Assembly (NCBI GenBank): GCA_965199825.1
Contig: OZ241329.1
Location: 1,472,001 to 1,536,000, forward strand
Source of the DNA: Bdellovibrionales bacterium
GTDB taxonomy: Bacteria > Bdellovibrionota > Bdellovibrionia > Bdellovibrionales > UBA1609
Reading direction: 5' to 3'
Length of the DNA stretch: 64,000 bases
The notes beneath the pieces were generated by a model. That model worked only from the letters and a program-made list of their open reading frames with translations, made no database searches and had not been told where the DNA came from. The translations under genes and the position numbers were made by a program. Positions 47,907-56,753 of this stretch are shown here, one piece after another. Position 1 is the first letter of the stretch. Each line of letters starts with the position of its first letter.

Positions 47907-48341
47907 ATGAAAAAAAGTCTGCTCTTGTCTATGATTTTGGCAGTGACCTTCTCAGCCTCAGCCCAAACTTACGATCGTTTTCGCGAGATCTTGCCGCAGG
48001 TAGATTTGATTTTTTCGATGACAGTAAGAGAAACCCTCGGCCCCAAAGTGATCAAAGAAGAGCCCGTTCAGTTGACCGATTTTAGATTTCTCGATCACGC
48101 CTTTGCGATAGGCACAAAAACTATTTTGCTTAATGATGGACGCCATTGCGACATCATCGCCACCGCGAACATCACATTCGACAAACTAGGTAAGCCCTTC
48201 TTAGAAGACCTTGTCTTGTCGAGAGCTGACGGAAACTTCGAATTCAGGAACAGCGTCAGTTGCTTCAAAGGCGAAGAGATCGTCGATTCGAGAGATATTT
48301 TCGAAAGTTTGAAAAAGTTTTTGTACGTAGGGACCCGCTAA
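47907..48341 (+). CDS. Hypothetical secreted protein
   Basis: Signal peptide MKKSLLLSMILAVTFSASA. Confidence 0.65.
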   Translation: MKKSLLLSMILAVTFSASAQTYDRFREILPQVDLIFSMTVRETLGPKVIKEEPVQLTDFRFLDHAFAIGTKTILLNDGRHCDIIATANITFDKLGKPFLEDLVLSRADGNFEFRNSVSCFKGEEIVDSRDIFESLKKFLYVGTR

Positions 48342-48385
48342 ACGAAGCCCTTTACACTTTTTAAATTAAGTGTTTAGCGTGCGCC

Positions 48386-49339
48386 ATGAAAACACTCTTA
48401 TTCGTTACCCAAATAATTTTTATTTTTAAGACCTTTGCCGATCCTTGCACGCTCAATTTGACCCGGCCTCTTTCATTTGCCCAGTTTGCTGAGCATCATG
48501 AAATGATCATCAAAAACGTCTTTAATTTTAACTCAACCGTGTCGGTTGAGGGGAAAGTCAATATTATCTCTATCGACCGATGGTATGAGATAAAAAAGTA
48601 TTTTCCCCATCTCACCGAGTTTTCCGAAAAGATCACGGATAAGCGCGAAGGCGTCCTCGATCTCAAAACGGTTTTTGATCTCCAAAAAAACAGTGTGATT
48701 TTGCTTGCACCGCGAAGAAACCCGTTGGTCCTCCTTCTTAATGAATTTCACACACCAAATGTTATAACCCCGCCCTTTCTCAAGATTTCACTTAGAGATT
48801 TTAATGATGCGTATCTTGATTCATTAAAAGATGTGGATCAGCCCGTGATTGTCACTATTGGAAACGAAGAAAAAATTGTGGTTCGACGAATAAGCTCTGA
48901 TGAGGATGTGCCGGATGTCACGACTATTTCAAGTGTGGACCACAACACTCACAATTTGATGATCAGGATGATAAAACAAAACGAGAAGTTTTTGGTACAG
49001 CGAGGTGAGGCAAGATTTTCTATCAGGTCCATCCTTTTTGTTAGCGAAATTCCAATCCAAAGATTCGGCTTTGGAGTCTCTGCCGAAGATATCCGGGTGC
49101 ATTGGAAATCTGTGCTCAAACGTTTGGCCTATGGTCAAGATTCCCTGTTACTTACTCACAGAGATAAACCGGTTGGAAAAATTAAACTTGAAAGCTTCTC
49201 GAACATCGACCCCAGTTTCGAAGAGGTCACTTACGACTTTTTAAAAAATAATTCAAAATCCATTTTGCTCGAAGGCAAACAATCAGTTTTTGTTAAAATC
49301 TCGGACGAACAGGCTGTCGTCATTACGCCGTTAAAGTAA
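48386..49339 (+). CDS. Secreted protein with tandem Phd/YefM-like repeats
   Basis: Signal-like N-terminus plus DPCTLNL; about six 45-50-aa units, e.g. VSAEDIR..WKSVLKRL..GQDSLLLTHRDKPVGKI. Confidence 0.6.
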   Translation: MKTLLFVTQIIFIFKTFADPCTLNLTRPLSFAQFAEHHEMIIKNVFNFNSTVSVEGKVNIISIDRWYEIKKYFPHLTEFSEKITDKREGVLDLKTVFDLQKNSVILLAPRRNPLVLLLNEFHTPNVITPPFLKISLRDFNDAYLDSLKDVDQPVIVTIGNEEKIVVRRISSDEDVPDVTTISSVDHNTHNLMIRMIKQNEKFLVQRGEARFSIRSILFVSEIPIQRFGFGVSAEDIRVHWKSVLKRLAYGQDSLLLTHRDKPVGKIKLESFSNIDPSFEEVTYDFLKNNSKSILLEGKQSVFVKISDEQAVVITPLK

Positions 49340-49366
49340 AAAAAAGGCCCTCCAAAGGAGAGCCTT
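49338..49366 (-). terminator. Rho-independent terminator of the RRM gene
   Basis: Minus strand AAGGCTCTCC-TTT-GGAGGGCC followed by a T-run. Confidence 0.8.
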
Positions 49367-49391
49367 AATTCTAACAAATTGTTTAAAACAA

Positions 49392-49766
49392 TTAGTCGCG
49401 GTATCCGCCGCCGCCGCCGCCGCGGTATCCACCGCCGCCGCCGCCACCACTGCGACCACCGCCGCCGCCAGAGCCGCCACGGAATCCACCACCGCCGCCG
49501 CCGCCACCTTGGCGTGGAGCTTGAGGACGCGCTTCACTTACAGTGATGTTGCGGCCTTCAAGTGGAGTTCCATTTAACTGCTCGATAGCTTGGCTTGCTT
49601 CGTCATCAGCTGCCATTTCAACAAATCCGAAGCCTTTGCTTCGGCCAGTTTCACGGTCAGTGATTACACGAGCGGACTCAACAGTTCCAAATTGCGAAAA
49701 CGCATTTTGTAATGTGTCGTCTTGAACAGAGTAGGGAAGATTTCCCACATATAACTTTTTACCCAT
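49392..49766 (-). CDS. RRM RNA-binding protein with Gly/Arg-rich tail
   Basis: RNP2 LYVGNL and RNP1 KGFGFVEM; RGG repeats; AGGAGG RBS. Confidence 0.95.
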   Translation of the reverse strand: MGKKLYVGNLPYSVQDDTLQNAFSQFGTVESARVITDRETGRSKGFGFVEMAADDEASQAIEQLNGTPLEGRNITVSEARPQAPRQGGGGGGGGFRGGSGGGGGRSGGGGGGGYRGGGGGGYRD

Positions 49767-50092
49767 AGATCCTCCTATTGGGGTTTGAAACGCCACGGAA
49801 GGAACCAGAAGCAGAAAGCACTTGGACCCACGTAGCAAAAATAAAACTTAAAATTTTAAAAAAATAAATTGAAGAAGAAAACTTAGAATTTAGGCGGCAA
49901 ATATCAAAACACTTATAATTCACACAATCACTCAAAAATTTCAAAAACAACTTCGCGCCGCTTCATAGACAGGCTGAAACTGTCGTAACCCAAGTTATAA
50001 CAGAGTGCTAGTAAAATCTCGCTTAAACTTGAGGCCTAGGTTTGCCCCCCCGAACTTTCTACGCTGTAATGCTAAAAGGGGAGAGTGGGAAA

Positions 50093-50848
50093 ATGAAATA
50101 CTTAACAATTTTGGGCTTATTTTCGCTAAGCAACGCTTACGCCTATGACACTATGATCACCGTAATCAGTTGCTACGCAAAGTACACTCGGGTGCGTATT
50201 CCGGAGCCCGAAAACGGAGTGCCACCAGAAAACGTGGATCAGCAAACTTCGGAATTTAAATGTGGTATGGTCCAAGGTCAGCGCTCGGCGGCACTTCAAC
50301 TCAACGATCATATGCGTCTTAATCTTAATTTTAAGGTCAACAGCTATAAATCATTGATGCCCACCGCGACCCTCCAGGATGCCAGTGAGACTTTGGATGC
50401 TGACCGTACGACTCGAATACCAGCAAAAGAAACCGAACCTTTACGGCAGTTGCGGGCGGTTTTCGATGCCAGTGATACTGAGCATAAAGAAGGTTGTTTG
50501 ATTAAGATTGGGACCTGTCGATACACCGATGGCAAAGTGGATTTGCATTGCCAATTTGAATATACAAAATCAGTTTACATATCACCTTGTGAAAATACGA
50601 GTACGGGTCCTCGGCCCTCAACAAATGGAGTGGCGCAAGAGAGACCTCAGTTCGATATAGATCCGGATGCTATAGTGATTGATGGACGCCCACGTATTGA
50701 GGGTGATGATCGCAGACCAGGACAAGCTCCATTTGTGAATACGCCGAGAATTCAGCAGAGATCGACACCGATGGATTCGGTGCCTGAGGAGAGTCCACCG
50801 GTGCGGCAACCCTTGGTGCCGCGACGATATACTCCCAGTACTCCTTAG
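50093..50848 (+). CDS. Hypothetical secreted protein with Pro-rich tail
   Basis: Signal peptide ending AYA; six Cys; low-complexity C-terminus. Confidence 0.65.
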   Translation: MKYLTILGLFSLSNAYAYDTMITVISCYAKYTRVRIPEPENGVPPENVDQQTSEFKCGMVQGQRSAALQLNDHMRLNLNFKVNSYKSLMPTATLQDASETLDADRTTRIPAKETEPLRQLRAVFDASDTEHKEGCLIKIGTCRYTDGKVDLHCQFEYTKSVYISPCENTSTGPRPSTNGVAQERPQFDIDPDAIVIDGRPRIEGDDRRPGQAPFVNTPRIQQRSTPMDSVPEESPPVRQPLVPRRYTPSTP

Positions 50849-52728
50849 TTTTTGTCGATACGGCGAACGATGGAGCGTTGATTCTCTTTGAGTTGTTTTT
50901 TACGAACACGGATTGACTGAGGAGTGACTTCGATCCACTCGTCTTCGTCAATCCACTCGATACAACGTTCAAGAGTCATGTCGCGAATCCCGCGCAAGGT
51001 CACAAGAATTTCGGCGCTGGCTGCGCGGACGTTGGTGAGTTTTTTCTCGCGGCAGGCGTTGACGTTAAGATCATTGTCTTTGCTAGATTCACCAATGACC
51101 ATACCTTCGTACACATCCACACCTGGACTCACAAACAACACGCCGCGCTCTTCGAGATTGAAGAGTGCGTATTCCACCGCTTTGCCGTCACGATCCGAAA
51201 TCAATGCACCGTTTTGACGGTGAAGCATATCGCCCTTCCATTCGACATAACCTAAGAGACGCGAGCTAAATATTCCCTCACCCTTGGTGGCGGTCAGATA
51301 TTTTGTTCGCATGCCCAGGAGGCCGCGAGTGGGAACATCAATTTCAAGGCGCACACGATTTTGGGTTCCGCCGGGTCCACTTTGTGTTCCGCTATTTTCG
51401 TAAGATCCCAAAATTCCTTTGCGAACTTGAAACATCCGAGTGACTTCACCCGAAAATTCTTCGGGTAAATCTAGTGTTGCACGCTCGAGAGGCTCCATTT
51501 TTTGGCCATTTTCGACTTTGGTCAAAACCACAGGCCGACCGACCATAAATTCTAAACCTTCTCGGCGCATCTGTTCGATCAAGATTGCAAACTGCAATTC
51601 ACCACGACCCAAAAGTCGAAATTGATCGGGCTGCTCTGTCTCTTGAAAGCGCATCGCAACGTTCATATGAACTTCGCGCATCAAGCGCTCACGTAATTTT
51701 CGCGATTGAACGGCTTCACCTTCGCGACCCGAAAATGGCGAAGTATTTACTGAAAAAACCATGGCGAGAGTAGGCATTTCGACTTGGATGCGAGCAAGTG
51801 AAGCAACCGCTTCTGAGCCCACAACCGTATCACCAATATCAAAATCTTCGGATCCTGCAACTACCGCAATATCGCCAGCAACCAACTCTTTGGTTTCGAC
51901 CTGTTGTAGACCTGAGTAACATAAAACTTTTAAAACATTAAAAGGCTCAGAGACGGGCTCGCCTTTTTCGTTAATCCCTTTGCGGACAACTTTATCGCCT
52001 TGAGTGATTTTGCCAGACAAGATCCGACCAATCGCAAGACGGCCCACATAATCGGACCAACCTAAATTGGCGACCAACATCTGAAATCCACCCGCATCAA
52101 CAACTGCAGGTGCAGGCATTACGCTTTCGATAAGATCAAATAATGGATCGAGAGTCCCTTTTTTTTCTTTTGAAATTAAGGCGGGAACTTCATCGTAATT
52201 GGTGGTGCACCAACCCTCACGCGCACAGGCATAAACAATTGGAAAATCGGCCTGCTCTTCGCTTGCGCCAAGATCGATAAACAAATCAAAAGCGGCATTG
52301 ACCACTTCTTTTACGCGCTCCGTTCCCTGACACTCAGGGCGATCAACTTTGTTTACACACAAAATGATTTTATGACCGCGCTCTAATGCTTTTTGCAAAA
52401 CGAAACGGGTTTGTGGCAAAGGACCTTCAGCGCCATCGACCAGTAAAACTGCGCCATCGACCATGCCTAAAATCCGCTCAACCTCGCCACCAAAATCGGC
52501 GTGTCCCGGAGTGTCGACAATATTGATGCGCACATCACCACGTTGGACCGAAGCATTTTTGGCTTGGATGGTGATTCCACGTTCTCTTTCGAGATCCATT
52601 GAATCCATCACACGATCGCCTTGAATATCGCGGTTGGTAACTGAGCCGGCTTGACGAAGCAAATGATCAACTAACGTCGTTTTGCCGTGATCGACGTGAG
52701 CGATAATACATATATTTCTTGTTTTCAT
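50845..52728 (-). CDS. typA: Translational GTPase TypA/BipA
   Basis: [35 protein letters not shown] and GRGEL motifs; BipA C-terminus. Confidence 0.97.
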   Translation of the reverse strand: MKTRNICIIAHVDHGKTTLVDHLLRQAGSVTNRDIQGDRVMDSMDLERERGITIQAKNASVQRGDVRINIVDTPGHADFGGEVERILGMVDGAVLLVDGAEGPLPQTRFVLQKALERGHKIILCVNKVDRPECQGTERVKEVVNAAFDLFIDLGASEEQADFPIVYACAREGWCTTNYDEVPALISKEKKGTLDPLFDLIESVMPAPAVVDAGGFQMLVANLGWSDYVGRLAIGRILSGKITQGDKVVRKGINEKGEPVSEPFNVLKVLCYSGLQQVETKELVAGDIAVVAGSEDFDIGDTVVGSEAVASLARIQVEMPTLAMVFSVNTSPFSGREGEAVQSRKLRERLMREVHMNVAMRFQETEQPDQFRLLGRGELQFAILIEQMRREGLEFMVGRPVVLTKVENGQKMEPLERATLDLPEEFSGEVTRMFQVRKGILGSYENSGTQSGPGGTQNRVRLEIDVPTRGLLGMRTKYLTATKGEGIFSSRLLGYVEWKGDMLHRQNGALISDRDGKAVEYALFNLEERGVLFVSPGVDVYEGMVIGESSKDNDLNVNACREKKLTNVRAASAEILVTLRGIRDMTLERCIEWIDEDEWIEVTPQSIRVRKKQLKENQRSIVRRIDKN

Positions 52729-52772
52729 AATTTAGACTTATGGTTCTAACCGCGAACTGCGATTTTCACAAA

Positions 52773-54464
52773 TCAAATGTTCTTTAAAGCTTCTTCCACC
52801 GCTTGATCGGCGGTGTCGCAGATTAAAATCTCTCGGCATGGTTCACATAAGGTGCTCATTTGACAAATTTGTAAGCGATTGGCGCCGGGGTGAACAACAA
52901 GACCAATTTTTTGTTTGCGTAACAGCATGGTTTTAATTGCAGAGTCTAAAGCGACGAGTCCAGTGACATCTAAAATAGGGACCTCTGCCAAATCCAAAAT
53001 AACAAAACGAACATCTTTGCTCAGTTGCCCTATCGAACTGATCGCGCGTTGAGCCGCACCAAAAAACATCGCCCCAGAAATTTTATAATAAAAAACCGAC
53101 GGCGGTAAATTTGGAATCGGATTTCCTTTTACCGGATTAAAGTTTTTTAAAATTTGGCCCTTTGTCATATTGGCCAGACGTCTGACAAAAAGCAAAGCGG
53201 CAAGCACAACACCAATACCCACACCGATTGTCATATTAAAAATCACGGTGAGTAAAAAACAGACCATCAAAACCACTTTGTCTTCACGGGTTCCGATGCG
53301 CAAAATATTGGTGAAGTGAGCCCGTTCGGCCATATGGTAAGCGACGAACATTAAGAGTGCGGCCATAGATGCCAGCGGAATCGAATTGACCAAGGGTGCA
53401 AAACTGACAAGCACCAATAATACTGTGAGGGAATGAAACACCGAGGCCAGTGGAGTCACCGCTCCACAGCGAATATTTGTGGTGGTACGTGCAACCGCAC
53501 CCACCGCAGGGATGCCGCTAAAAAAAGGACAAAGCACATTTGAAATTCCAAGAGCCACGAGTTCGACATCGGAAGAGTGTTTTTCGCCCGTGATGCCGTC
53601 GGCAATGGTGGCGGTCAATAAAGTTTCGATCGCCCCTAGCATCGCAATCGCAAACGCCGAAGAAATTAAACTTTGGGCCGCATCGAGCGAAAATTCAAAA
53701 CCACTCCAAGGCAAAACCGCAACGGGCAGAGATTGCGGAATTCCTTGGAAGCGTGAGCCGATAGTAACGAAATTTATTTCGGGATAAAAATAGTGAATCA
53801 AAAATGTCGCCGCTGTCACTGCGGTTAAAGCTAATATAGGTACAGGAAACCGGCTGATCTTTTTTGTTCCCAGAGCAAGAAGCAGGAGTGTGGCAATGCC
53901 CACACTTGTTTCTGAAATACTGATGGTATCAATAGATAAGGCTATCTCGCGCACTCGTCCCAAAAAATGGGGCGATTCGGTGAGGGCTTCGAGCCCAAAA
54001 AAATCCCTGAGTTGCAAAGTTCCAATCACGAGTGCAATGGCTGAAGTAAATCCGGTGGTCACAGGATGGGGAATAAACTGGATCACGTCGCCAAGTTTCA
54101 TCACCCCAAAAAGAATCAGTAAAAATCCTGAAAGCATTCCGGCAATCAACAATCCAGATAAACCAAAATTGTGTACAATCGGAAAAAGCAAAACAACAAA
54201 CGAAGATGTCGGCCCTGTGACCTGATAGCGCGAGCCGCCTAAGAGAGCTGTGACTGAGCCCGCAATGATTGCGGTGTACAATCCATATTGAGGTGCGACA
54301 CCACATGCGATCGCCAGCGCCATGGCTAACGGAATGGCCACACTTCCAACAACGATGCCCGCACCCACATCGCTTAAAAATTTTTGCTTGTTATAGCCTT
54401 CGTGTAAAGCTTCTCGAAGTGCTAAACCTAACCTCAAATGTTTGAGAGCCTCAAAATTTTTCAA
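52773..54464 (-). CDS. SulP/SLC26 anion transporter with STAS domain (DauA/YchM-like)
   Basis: AIPLAMALAIA.GV.PQYGLY, GGS..Q..GPT and STAS FFGAA..LD.TG motifs. Confidence 0.92.
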   Translation of the reverse strand: MKNFEALKHLRLGLALREALHEGYNKQKFLSDVGAGIVVGSVAIPLAMALAIACGVAPQYGLYTAIIAGSVTALLGGSRYQVTGPTSSFVVLLFPIVHNFGLSGLLIAGMLSGFLLILFGVMKLGDVIQFIPHPVTTGFTSAIALVIGTLQLRDFFGLEALTESPHFLGRVREIALSIDTISISETSVGIATLLLLALGTKKISRFPVPILALTAVTAATFLIHYFYPEINFVTIGSRFQGIPQSLPVAVLPWSGFEFSLDAAQSLISSAFAIAMLGAIETLLTATIADGITGEKHSSDVELVALGISNVLCPFFSGIPAVGAVARTTTNIRCGAVTPLASVFHSLTVLLVLVSFAPLVNSIPLASMAALLMFVAYHMAERAHFTNILRIGTREDKVVLMVCFLLTVIFNMTIGVGIGVVLAALLFVRRLANMTKGQILKNFNPVKGNPIPNLPPSVFYYKISGAMFFGAAQRAISSIGQLSKDVRFVILDLAEVPILDVTGLVALDSAIKTMLLRKQKIGLVVHPGANRLQICQMSTLCEPCREILICDTADQAVEEALKNI

Positions 54465-54484
54465 CAGATCTTAACGCTACAGAG

Positions 54485-55504
54485 TTAGCGATTGAGACGC
54501 AACTGCGGACTGATCCACTGCGGAGTCGGAGTGAGTTGCTGCACCCAATTGACCACGACACGATCCATCCAGCGGTATCCATGATGCCATTTATCAAATC
54601 CGACAAATCCCAAGTGACCCCCTTGCTCAGTGATGATCAAATCTTGTCCGCTGCGGACTGGGAGTCGCAAGATTTCGCTTGTTTCGGCGATAGGATCATC
54701 GAGAGACGCAAGAATTAATGTGGGCACCCGAATATGCGGAATGTAATGAGCACTCGAGCACTGCTCGTAATACTCTTCGGCATCTTTAAATCCATGAACG
54801 GGAGCGGTATAGCGCTGATCGAAATCGCGAATTCGAATCACATTATCAAGGCAAGGTGTTTTTGTTTTTAAGATTTGATGGAGGCGTTGAACGTCTCGCT
54901 TTAAGAGCTTTACAAAATAGGAATCAAAAAAACTTTTGCTCAGTCGGTGTGCGGTCTGCCCCAAATGGAGAGGCGGCGAGACCGCGATCACGCTATCGAG
55001 TCCTCCGGTGGTTTTGATTCCATCTTCGCCCGCAAGTTTAAGAGTGAGATTTGCACCGAGTGAAAATCCGATTTGTGTCACTGGTGATTTAGGATAGTTC
55101 TCATTGAGCCAGCGCAAAACAAAACGGGCATCTTCGCTAATCCCAGCGTGATAAGTTTTTTTGGATAAACCAAATCCGGGGCCGCTGTTTCGCAAATTTA
55201 AACGAAACACCGCCACACCCGATTGCACCAGTTTGCGAGTGATTCGCCGCATGTAGCCCGAATTGTGGGAACCCAAAAGACCATGAACTAAGAGGGCGAC
55301 ACGACCACCGGGTTGAAAGCTAAATGGTCTATTTTCGATAACAATCAGACGATCAAGATCCGGCAAAACCAATTCATGGACGCATGTTGGAAAGAGATCA
55401 CTGGGTTGTGGAAAGTAGGTGCCTGCAAGAGTTTGGGCCAAAGGGTGTTTGAGGTAGGCAAGAGGTGTAAAGGGTCCGACTCCAATTCTTTTTAAAACAT
55501 CCAT
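54485..55504 (-). CDS. YheT-family alpha/beta hydrolase
   Basis: HGL.GS, YHAG, GFSLGAN, DDP and GGHLGF motifs. Confidence 0.9.
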   Translation of the reverse strand: MDVLKRIGVGPFTPLAYLKHPLAQTLAGTYFPQPSDLFPTCVHELVLPDLDRLIVIENRPFSFQPGGRVALLVHGLLGSHNSGYMRRITRKLVQSGVAVFRLNLRNSGPGFGLSKKTYHAGISEDARFVLRWLNENYPKSPVTQIGFSLGANLTLKLAGEDGIKTTGGLDSVIAVSPPLHLGQTAHRLSKSFFDSYFVKLLKRDVQRLHQILKTKTPCLDNVIRIRDFDQRYTAPVHGFKDAEEYYEQCSSAHYIPHIRVPTLILASLDDPIAETSEILRLPVRSGQDLIITEQGGHLGFVGFDKWHHGYRWMDRVVVNWVQQLTPTPQWISPQLRLNR

Positions 55505-55772
55505 CTCTTCTATGAGGAGGCCAAAGCCAAAAGTTGTCGAGTCGGGTTTTAAAAATCTCGACTTCGAGCGGGTAGCAAACAATTTTTGTTGGCTTGGTTT
55601 TTAGGTTTATAAAAATAAAATCAATTGCTGCCATTAAGATTTTTATGATTTTGAGAGGTTGTTTATTTGACGTAGCAAAAAAAACACACTTTTCATTTTT
55701 CTGCTTGCCCCCTGATTCCAATTTGGCGCAGTCTGAGCGGACACAACAGCTCAAAGTTTATAAAGGTGATTT

Positions 55773-56663
55773 TTGGTCCCTCTTATTTTATTTCTCCAAA
55801 TGATTTGTGTTGTACATGCCGCTGAGCCGACAGCCAGTTCTCCTATTGCGGTAAAGACAATGGTCGCCGATTTGTTTAAGCCCTGGCACAGATTTGAATC
55901 GATGTTTCAGCAGAGGCTTAAAAGTAATGAACTCGAGTTTGTGCGTTCTCAAAATCACGCCCTTGATGAAGCGAGCACATTTGAAGAATGGCAGCGGATC
56001 ATTTCGGATCAAGACAGAAATTCAATTTATTTTTTTGCAATCAATAGACAGATTTTGGATCACCAAGTTTCAAGGGCCGTACGATTTGGGGATGACTTCA
56101 TTGCCTGGTTTGATCAGATGATCCAAACAAAAAATTTGGATTATTGGATTGGCCAAAATAAAGATGTCACTCCCGTTAATATTTTTGCAGAGATTTTGCA
56201 GCGGGTCCCGCAGGCAACTCGAAATTATCAAGGCTTTATTGAAGAAATTGTTTATTTACTTGGATCACCTAAAGATCAAATCTTTGTTTCATTTCGACTG
56301 GCGCGATCATTTGTGAATTCAGAACGAGGAGAATTAAGTATTTCACCTCCATCTCCCTTTTGGAGATTTGCTCGCCAGAATGATTTTGCTGACCCTCCTA
56401 TGGTGACAATCTCTTCGGTGGCCTACTACTCACTTTTAAAAAAGAAAATGATGATTCGTATTTTAGCCAAAGCTTGCGAGCAGGGTGCTGTTCTTCATTT
56501 GAGCAGGCAAGAATTCGCACGAGTGACGGCGGCTGCGCGGTCGGTGGGTTTTCAACTCAAAGGCAAGCCCGATTGGGCTAAAGTGGTCCGAGGGACCTCC
56601 ATGGTTTCACGCTGCCTCCAGCTCTTAGCCCCACAGAGTGGCCGGCTCCGGACCTTGCTTTAA
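55773..56663 (+). CDS. Hypothetical secreted protein
   Basis: Signal-like N-terminus ending VHA; C-terminal SRCLQLL. Confidence 0.65.
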   Translation: MVPLILFLQMICVVHAAEPTASSPIAVKTMVADLFKPWHRFESMFQQRLKSNELEFVRSQNHALDEASTFEEWQRIISDQDRNSIYFFAINRQILDHQVSRAVRFGDDFIAWFDQMIQTKNLDYWIGQNKDVTPVNIFAEILQRVPQATRNYQGFIEEIVYLLGSPKDQIFVSFRLARSFVNSERGELSISPPSPFWRFARQNDFADPPMVTISSVAYYSLLKKKMMIRILAKACEQGAVLHLSRQEFARVTAAARSVGFQLKGKPDWAKVVRGTSMVSRCLQLLAPQSGRLRTLL

Positions 56664-56753
56664 AATATCGCGAACGAAGGTAGAGCTAACGAAGAATTTT
56701 CAAATCGAAATCTGTGGGATAAGTTCAACATCGTTTTCTGCTATAAACATAAA

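Noticed and set aside
49398..49510. (CCG)n-like tandem repeat
   Set aside because: Explained by the Gly-rich tail of the RRM protein; not a CRISPR or independent repeat
49960..50050. GGGCAAACC on the minus strand, suggesting a c-di-GMP-I riboswitch
   Set aside because: Lacks the following GAAA-capped stem and the GxCGCAAAGC segment
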